From an uncultured Clostridia bacterium (GTDB lineage Bacteria > Bacillota_I > Bacilli_A > RF39 > UBA660): 64,000 nt of DNA. Below, piece by piece: positions 57,459-64,000 of this stretch (the first letter of the stretch is position 1; each line of letters starts with the position of its first letter). The translations under genes and the position numbers were made by a program. The notes below the pieces were generated by a model. The model saw only the letters and a program-made list of their open reading frames with translations, did not search any database and was not told where the DNA came from. The stretch covers positions 95,086-159,085 of the forward strand of contig CAOJDX010000001.1 of assembly GCA_948433435.1 (NCBI GenBank), read 5' to 3'.

Positions 57459-59822
57459 AAATTGTGAATTATATAAATCGGCATAAAAGCCTTTTTTCTT
57501 AATTAACTCATTATGATTTCCCTGTTCAATGATATTTCCATCCTTCATTACTAGAATTATATCAGCGTTTTTAATTGTAGATAGTCTATGAGCAATAATG
57601 AAACTTGTTTTTCCTTCTGTCAATTTATCCATTGCTTTTTGAACTAATTCTTCGGTTCTTGTATCTACTGAAGAAGTGGCTTCATCTAAAATTAAGAACG
57701 GAGCATTTTCAATCATACCACGAGCAATTGTTAATAACTGTTTTTGGCCAGCCGAAACGGCTTCATTATCCGATAATTCAAAATCTAAATCATTAGGTAA
57801 AGTCTTAACAAAATGATCAACTCCTACGGTTTCTAAAGCATTCCAAATCTCTTCATCTGTTACTGATTCTTTATTATATTTGATATTATCTCTAATTGTA
57901 CCATTAAACAACCATGTATCTTGTAAAACCATAACAAACAACTGATGAATATTTTCTCTTGTTAATTCTTTAATAGATATACCATCGATTTTGATATCAC
58001 CAGAATTAATATTGTAAAATTTCATTAATAAATTTACCATAGTTGTTTTTCCAGCACCAGTTGGTCCTACAATAGCAACTTTTTGTCCCTTTTTAACCTT
58101 GCAGTTAAAGTCTTTAATAACTACTTTATCTTCATTATAACCAAATTTTACATGAGAAAATTCAATATTTCCTTTAGCCTCCTGATTAGTTAAAACTTTC
58201 GTTAAGGCACTTTCATCTTCCATTTCCTCTTCTTCTAAAAATTCAAATACTCGCTCACTTGCAGCAGCTGTTGTTTGAAGTTGGGTCATTCCTTGAGCAA
58301 TTTGAGAAAGTGGATTAGTAAATAGTCTAACATAGATCATAAAAGCTACTATTACACCAAAAGTAATATTATTATTCATTACTAACAGAGCGCCCACAAT
58401 GCACACAGCAAGATAACTAAAATTTCCAATAAAAGCCATGATTGGTTGCATTAATCCAGATAGAAATTGACTTTTTCTATTACATTCATAGACATTATCA
58501 TTTAATTGATCAAAAATTTCAGAAGCTTCTTTTTCTCCATTATAGGCTTTTACTACATTATGTGAAGAATATATCTCCTCTATATGACCATTCAATTTTC
58601 CTAATTCTACTTGCCTTGCAGTAAAATATTTTTGTGATTTTCCTAAAATAATAAACATTAAGACAAAGCCTAGTAATGATGATAATATAGCAGTAATAGC
58701 CATAATCCAGTTAGTAGCAAACATCATTATAATAGAGCCTACAAATAAGGTAGTTGCTCCTACTAAAGAACCTAAACTTTGATACATAGATATTCCTATC
58801 GTATCAACATCATTTGTAACCCTAGATAAAATATCTCCATAACTATTTTGATCAAAATACTTTAAAGGTAACTTATTTAACTTAATTGAAATTTTTTGTC
58901 TTAATTCCTTAGCAAAGTTGTTGGCAACTGTTGCCATGATAAAACTTTGAATAAAATTAAATAATGCACTAATTAAGTAAAGAATTAATAAAAACAAACT
59001 AAGATTCTTAATATACTTAAAATCCATATTAGGTTCAATTAATTCCTTAATTGAATTAGGTAATTTATCTAGTTTTTTATAAATTTTAGTGGGATTTTTA
59101 AAATCTTTTGCTCCACTCATAGTAGATAAAAATTTAACTTTATCTTCTGTTGTAATCTCTTTATTATTTATTTTATAAGTTGGTAAAATAATCTTTTTAA
59201 TACTAGCTGGAATTTTTTCAATCATCTCAGTACTTTTGTTTTCACTATCCATTGTGCTAATCAAGTCAAGATATTTGATTTGATCCTCTGCTGTAATAAG
59301 AACGTCTTGATAAGTTTTATCGGCAAAAATAATATTCTTTGTACTAGGTGACAGTGAGGAGATTTTCTGAATTAGTTCTTGAGAATTATTCCTTGTAGCA
59401 CTAATTATTTCTCTAAACTTTATTTTTTCCTCTAGTGCTATTTCAGAAGATAATTGTATTTCTCTCATTTTTTCAGCATCTAGTTGTAAGTTAAAGATAT
59501 GTTGTGAGAGTTCTTGAAGATTTTCTTCTTTTAAATTATCTGTAATATTTTCTGATATCAATTTCAAATTTTTTTCATTAATAATCAGACCTGCAGAAAT
59601 TTTATCTGTTAAATCACTTAATTTATTAGGACCAATTATAGAGAAGACTGAACTTAGGGATGCTAATACTAAGGCAATAATGATTAAAGGAATAAAATGT
59701 TGTAAATACTGAATCATTTTTTTTACAGCTATTTTTAAATCCTTAGGCTTTTCAAAAGCACCTGGGCCTGGTCCATGTCTATGACGTGAATTTGAAGCTG
59801 TTTTATTTTCTGCATTACTCAT
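57450..59822 (-). CDS. ABC transporter permease/ATP-binding protein (exporter) with a large extracytoplasmic insertion
   Basis: 790 aa with a type I exporter TMD and NBD (GPTGAGKTT, LSAGQKQLL). About 230 residues lie between TM1 and TM2. Confidence 0.85.
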   Translation of the reverse strand: MSNAENKTASNSRHRHGPGPGAFEKPKDLKIAVKKMIQYLQHFIPLIIIALVLASLSSVFSIIGPNKLSDLTDKISAGLIINEKNLKLISENITDNLKEENLQELSQHIFNLQLDAEKMREIQLSSEIALEEKIKFREIISATRNNSQELIQKISSLSPSTKNIIFADKTYQDVLITAEDQIKYLDLISTMDSENKSTEMIEKIPASIKKIILPTYKINNKEITTEDKVKFLSTMSGAKDFKNPTKIYKKLDKLPNSIKELIEPNMDFKYIKNLSLFLLILYLISALFNFIQSFIMATVANNFAKELRQKISIKLNKLPLKYFDQNSYGDILSRVTNDVDTIGISMYQSLGSLVGATTLFVGSIIMMFATNWIMAITAILSSLLGFVLMFIILGKSQKYFTARQVELGKLNGHIEEIYSSHNVVKAYNGEKEASEIFDQLNDNVYECNRKSQFLSGLMQPIMAFIGNFSYLAVCIVGALLVMNNNITFGVIVAFMIYVRLFTNPLSQIAQGMTQLQTTAAASERVFEFLEEEEMEDESALTKVLTNQEAKGNIEFSHVKFGYNEDKVVIKDFNCKVKKGQKVAIVGPTGAGKTTMVNLLMKFYNINSGDIKIDGISIKELTRENIHQLFVMVLQDTWLFNGTIRDNIKYNKESVTDEEIWNALETVGVDHFVKTLPNDLDFELSDNEAVSAGQKQLLTIARGMIENAPFLILDEATSSVDTRTEELVQKAMDKLTEGKTSFIIAHRLSTIKNADIILVMKDGNIIEQGNHNELIKKKGFYADLYNSQFES

Positions 59823-61575
59823 GTTCTAATTCCTCCTTTGAAAGCTGTGAATAAGATATTTCCTTATAAACGTCGCAGTTTTTAAGTAATTCTTTATGTG
59901 TTCCCATTCCAACACAATTTCCGTCTTCTAAAACAATTATTTTATCGGCATTCATGATAGTACCTATTCTCTGAGCAACAATCAGACTAGTAGCATTTTT
60001 AGTATATTCCTTTAATTTAGTACGAAGCAGATAATCCGTTTTATAGTCAAGAGCACTGAAAGAATCATCAAATATATATATTTCAGGATCTCGAGCGATT
60101 GCCCTAGCAATTGCTAGTCTTTGTTTTTGACCACCAGATACATTAGTTCCTCCTTGAGCAATATTATGTTCATATTGATCAGGTATTTTTAGAACAAATT
60201 CTTCAGCTTGAGCAACCTTAATTGCCTCTTTAATTTTTTTATCTGTTATCTTTTCATTTCCTTTTCTTCCGTAACTAACATTAGCTTTAATACTCCCATT
60301 AAACATCACTGCTTTTTGGGGTACATATCCTAATTTATTATGTAGTTGTTCTAATGTATAGTCCTTTACATTAACATCATCAATTAAAACTTCCCCCTCT
60401 GTTACATCATAAAATCTGGGAACTAAATTGATCAAAGTACTTTTTCCACTTCCAGTTGAGCCAATAAAAGCGATAGTTTCTCCCATATTAGCAGTAAAGG
60501 AAATATCTTTTAAAATATATTCATCAGAATCTGGATACTTAAAGGAAACATTTTTAAATTCAACTTTTCCTTTTGTTTTTGTGTTTTTTTGCCCTTTTCC
60601 ATCAACTATCTTAGGTTCTGTATCTATCACCTCATTCATTCTTTCAGCTGATACAGCAGCTCTTGGATACATAATAAAAATCATTGCAAGCATTAAGAAA
60701 GACATGATAACTTGCATAGCATAAGATGAGAAAACAACCATGTCACTAAATAAACTTATTTTATCAGCGAATATTGCCTTACTAATTAAATTAGCTCCAA
60801 TAAAGTATATTCCTAATGTCAATAAATTCATAATTAAATACATAACAGGTGACATAATGGACATCATTTTTTGATTAAATAATTGGGTATTGGTTAATTG
60901 AGTATTTCCCTTTTCAAATTTTTCTTCTTGATATTTTTCGGCATTAAACGCACGAATTACTCGAATACCTGTTAAATTTTCACGGGTTAGTTCATTAATA
61001 TTATCGATTAATTTTTGAACAATTTTAAATTTAGGAAGAACTGTGATCATTAAAAGACCTACTGTTCCAATTAATATTAGAACGGCAACTCCTGTTAGAG
61101 CACTCCATTCCCAACTTTTATTTAATATTTTTAATATTGCCCAACAAGCAGTAATGGGCGCTTTAATCATCATTTGTAGTCCCATTGAAATAAACATTTG
61201 AATGTTGGTAATATCATTAGTGGTTCTAGTGATTAGACTACTGGTAGAAAACATTTTAATTTCTTCCATACTAAAACTTTCTACCTTTTCAAATATTTTT
61301 TGACGAATATTTTTAGAAAAAGTAGCAGAAATTAACGAAGCTAGGTAACCTACTATAATAGCAGAAAATAAACTTCCTCCAGCACATGCCAACATATAGC
61401 TGCCTTGTAGCAAAATGTCTTCTATTTTACTGCCTTCAGTTTGTACTAAAACTGTAATTTCTGACATATAATCTGGTAATTTTAAATCTAACCATACTTG
61501 AAAAACAATTAGAACTATACAAAACAAAATCAATAAAAGATCTTTTTTGGTAAATTTCTTTAATAATTTAAACAT
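59815..61575 (-). CDS. ABC transporter permease/ATP-binding protein (heterodimer partner)
   Basis: 586 aa with an NBD (GSTGSGKST, LSGGQKQRL). Confidence 0.85.
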   Translation of the reverse strand: MFKLLKKFTKKDLLLILFCIVLIVFQVWLDLKLPDYMSEITVLVQTEGSKIEDILLQGSYMLACAGGSLFSAIIVGYLASLISATFSKNIRQKIFEKVESFSMEEIKMFSTSSLITRTTNDITNIQMFISMGLQMMIKAPITACWAILKILNKSWEWSALTGVAVLILIGTVGLLMITVLPKFKIVQKLIDNINELTRENLTGIRVIRAFNAEKYQEEKFEKGNTQLTNTQLFNQKMMSIMSPVMYLIMNLLTLGIYFIGANLISKAIFADKISLFSDMVVFSSYAMQVIMSFLMLAMIFIMYPRAAVSAERMNEVIDTEPKIVDGKGQKNTKTKGKVEFKNVSFKYPDSDEYILKDISFTANMGETIAFIGSTGSGKSTLINLVPRFYDVTEGEVLIDDVNVKDYTLEQLHNKLGYVPQKAVMFNGSIKANVSYGRKGNEKITDKKIKEAIKVAQAEEFVLKIPDQYEHNIAQGGTNVSGGQKQRLAIARAIARDPEIYIFDDSFSALDYKTDYLLRTKLKEYTKNATSLIVAQRIGTIMNADKIIVLEDGNCVGMGTHKELLKNCDVYKEISYSQLSKEELEHE

Positions 61576-62028
61576 TTAATCATTCCCTTCTTTTAAATTT
61601 TCTTTAATTTGAGTAGTAACCTGTAAAAAGGTCTCTAAATCTTTTTTTGAAATTTTTTTTCGAATTATCTTTTCTATTTCCTGAAATCTTTTCTTCATTT
61701 CTTTATCTTTTTTGAGAGCAACTTCTGTAAGAATAATTTGCTTAATTCTAGCATCTTCAGCAACTTCTACTCTTCTAATGATATTATTTTTTTCCATAGT
61801 TTGTAAAATTCCTGAAATTGTTGATCTTCTAATATTTAATACATTTTCTAAATCTCGTTGATAAACTCTTTCCTTTCTATGTTCTAAAAGATAATTGATA
61901 ATTTTTACTTGTACAGGAGATAATGGTGATGGATTTTCTTTTTTAGTGTCGTATATTATTTTTTTGATCATTAGTCTATTTATTTCTTTTAGCTCAAATA
62001 AAATTGAATCTTTACTCACCTTTTTCAC
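61576..62028 (-). CDS. MarR family transcriptional regulator
   Basis: 150 aa with a winged HTH (LENVLNIRRSTISGILQTMEKNNII). It abuts the ABC genes. Confidence 0.8.
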   Translation of the reverse strand: MKKVSKDSILFELKEINRLMIKKIIYDTKKENPSPLSPVQVKIINYLLEHRKERVYQRDLENVLNIRRSTISGILQTMEKNNIIRRVEVAEDARIKQIILTEVALKKDKEMKKRFQEIEKIIRKKISKKDLETFLQVTTQIKENLKEGND

Positions 62029-62103
62029 CCACTTTATTTTTTTGTTAGCAGCCTAACAGAAATGATTATATAATAAAAATGGTCTTGTCGTCAACCATTT
62101 ATA

Positions 62104-62958
62104 TTATATTCTGTTATTTGCTTTTTGATTTCGAATTAACATTCCTGTTCCTAAGTGTAATTTTCTATCTTGTTCTAAATAGCCTTTTATTTTAGCTTGC
62201 AAAATTGTATTTTTTCTCTCTTCATTATTTATAATAAATTTGATAAAATCAGTAGCATTTTCTCGTAAACCAATTATCTCAAAATGCTTTTGAAATTTAA
62301 TAATATTACTATCTTCTGGTAATATTTCTAAAAGTTCAGGGCTTAAAAGCCAACTTTCTGTGTAATAAATAAGTTCTTCTGGTGGTAATTCTGGATAATA
62401 TCTTGCTAATACTTTATCTATTTGTTCTAGAGAATTCTGAACTTCTATATCATTTAATTGTGAACTTTTCGGAATATGGATTTTGATCAATTTTTTTGAA
62501 GCATGCTCTTCTAAAAATGGAGGAATGTAATGCATGACCTCATACTGAAGTACACCAAGTTCTATTAGATTCCCCCTAATTAATCTAGCTGACCATTGCA
62601 AATCGTCAAAAGTTATAATCTTTTTCATTAAAATAGTATATATCACATTAATTTGCTTTTCCATTTGATATAGATCAAAGTTTCTTCTCATCATATTTTG
62701 AAGATGAATAATATAACCAGTTAGGATAATTATGGGATTTAACTCTTTGACATTTCTTTCGTCATTATCATATTTCTTTATCTTTTTGTAATGATCAGTT
62801 TTATCAATATATAAAAGATGATGGAACTTAACAATTAAATTGTGTAATTGTTCATCTTGGTGAACTATTTCTAAGAGTGATAATATTTTATCTATTTTCT
62901 TGATATTATAAAATTTTAAAGCTTTTATCATATATTCTTTTTCTAAATATCTTTCCAT
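62104..62958 (-). CDS. hypothetical protein
   Basis: 284 aa with no clear motif. Confidence 0.4.
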   Translation of the reverse strand: MERYLEKEYMIKALKFYNIKKIDKILSLLEIVHQDEQLHNLIVKFHHLLYIDKTDHYKKIKKYDNDERNVKELNPIIILTGYIIHLQNMMRRNFDLYQMEKQINVIYTILMKKIITFDDLQWSARLIRGNLIELGVLQYEVMHYIPPFLEEHASKKLIKIHIPKSSQLNDIEVQNSLEQIDKVLARYYPELPPEELIYYTESWLLSPELLEILPEDSNIIKFQKHFEIIGLRENATDFIKFIINNEERKNTILQAKIKGYLEQDRKLHLGTGMLIRNQKANNRI

Positions 62959-63092
62959 ATTCTCATTCCTATTCCTCTCGTATAATTGATTTATATACTA
63001 CTATTAATTATATCTCTGTCTTATTTCTTATCAGTTTCCATAAAAATACTATAATGAAAAGCTTTGCTAAAACAAAATTTCTAATGTTCTAT

Positions 63093-64000
63093 TTATAGTT
63101 TTACTTCATCATTTAATTTTAAAAACACTAATGATTCAACATGATATGTTCTAGGAAACATATTGAATAGTTTTACGCTTTCAACTCGATAAATTTCTTT
63201 TAGTTCTTTTAAATCTCTAGCTAAAGTAATGGGGTCACAGGAAATATAAAGAATGTGAGTAGGTTTTAATTCTATTAAAACTTTTTTTGTTTTTGAGTCT
63301 AGTCCACTTCTTGGGGGATCTACTATAACCGTATCGAACTCTCTGGGTAACTTTTCTATAATATCTTCTACTTTGGAATGAATAAAGGAAATATTTTTAG
63401 CTCCATTTAGTACCTTATTATGATCAGCTGCTGCCACAGCTTCTTTTACTACTTCTACCCCTATTACTTCTTGAACATAAGGACAAATAGATATTCCAAT
63501 TGTTCCAACACCACAATATAAATCCAAGACTTTTCTAGCATGAATATTTTTGATGATATCAATAATTTCTTGATATAAACATTCAACAATTTCATCATTT
63601 ACTTGGAAAAATGAGCAGTGATTGATCTGAAATTTTTTGTCCATAATATAAGATGTGATATGATCCTGATTCATAGGAATTCCATTAATTATTAAACTAT
63701 CAGCTAAATTAAGAAAGCTAGCAGTATCTTTTACATTTCCTGTAATAGAAATCATCACTTCGTTAGTCTTATTACCTATTCTTAACATGATTTTAGAAAT
63801 GCCAGTTTCCTTTGTTAATAATACTTTTAACACTTCAACTATTTTATTCAGTTTATTATGAATAAGTTTACAATGAGCTACTTCTATTAAATCATTTGTT
63901 TTAGCTCTTAGGAGTCCTAGTTTATTTTTATTGACTGTAAACGTTACCTTATTCCGATAATGATTAGGACTTTTGGAAATGATTTGTAAATTATTTACTT
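63093..64000 (-). CDS. TrmA/RumA family RNA (uracil-5)-methyltransferase. The N-terminus lies beyond the window end.
   Basis: It has the motifs VDPPRSGL and ILYISCDPITLARD. The frame stays open upstream of the annotated Met through to position 64000. Confidence 0.75.
   Translation of the reverse strand, partial: VNNLQIISKSPNHYRNKVTFTVNKNKLGLLRAKTNDLIEVAHCKLIHNKLNKIVEVLKVLLTKETGISKIMLRIGNKTNEVMISITGNVKDTASFLNLADSLIINGIPMNQDHITSYIMDKKFQINHCSFFQVNDEIVECLYQEIIDIIKNIHARKVLDLYCGVGTIGISICPYVQEVIGVEVVKEAVAAADHNKVLNGAKNISFIHSKVEDIIEKLPREFDTVIVDPPRSGLDSKTKKVLIELKPTHILYISCDPITLARDLKELKEIYRVESVKLFNMFPRTYHVESLVFLKLNDEVKL

Noticed and set aside
1-64000. Search for CRISPR arrays, tRNA and rRNA genes, integrases and transposases
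   Set aside because: There are no regularly spaced direct repeats. No tRNA-like T-arm or anticodon structures were noticed. No tyrosine or serine recombinase or DDE motif proteins were found. The Bro-N protein alone is insufficient to call a prophage.

Overview
This is a low-GC Firmicutes-type chromosomal segment. Almost all genes lie on the minus strand and most of the window is conserved housekeeping. Those genes include lepB-rplS-trmD-rimM, pheST and hisS-aspS (each behind a T-box leader), frr, uppP, a CBS-domain pyrophosphatase, addAB, relA-dtd, secDF, pilD/pilC, recD2, mtaB, a YfhO/flippase envelope cluster, an OmpR two-component system, and a MarR plus ABC-exporter pair. The first ~6.6 kb is an accessory island. 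It begins with a DUF4297 nuclease-like protein followed by a HerA-like ATPase, which is a known two-gene anti-phage pair, and the HerA gene runs off the window edge. The island then holds a GNAT, a small protein and a Bro-N cassette, bracketed by two diverged ~225-bp direct repeats. Each repeat carries a conserved short leader ORF, and both GNAT-gene decay and duplication are visible. Elsewhere, a secreted Cys-rich 460-aa protein has a G9 homopolymer exactly in the 18-nt spacer between a TTGACA and a TAGAAT promoter element, which is the textbook arrangement for slipped-strand phase variation. Other points worth a second look are an apparent frameshift at the 5' end of signal peptidase I and a pair of diverged HExxH proteins inserted between dtd and hisS. 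A DUF368 (PopT-like) gene sits beside uppP. Several small unannotated peptides are also present, one of them a candidate type I toxin. No tRNA, rRNA, CRISPR array, integrase or transposase was found.
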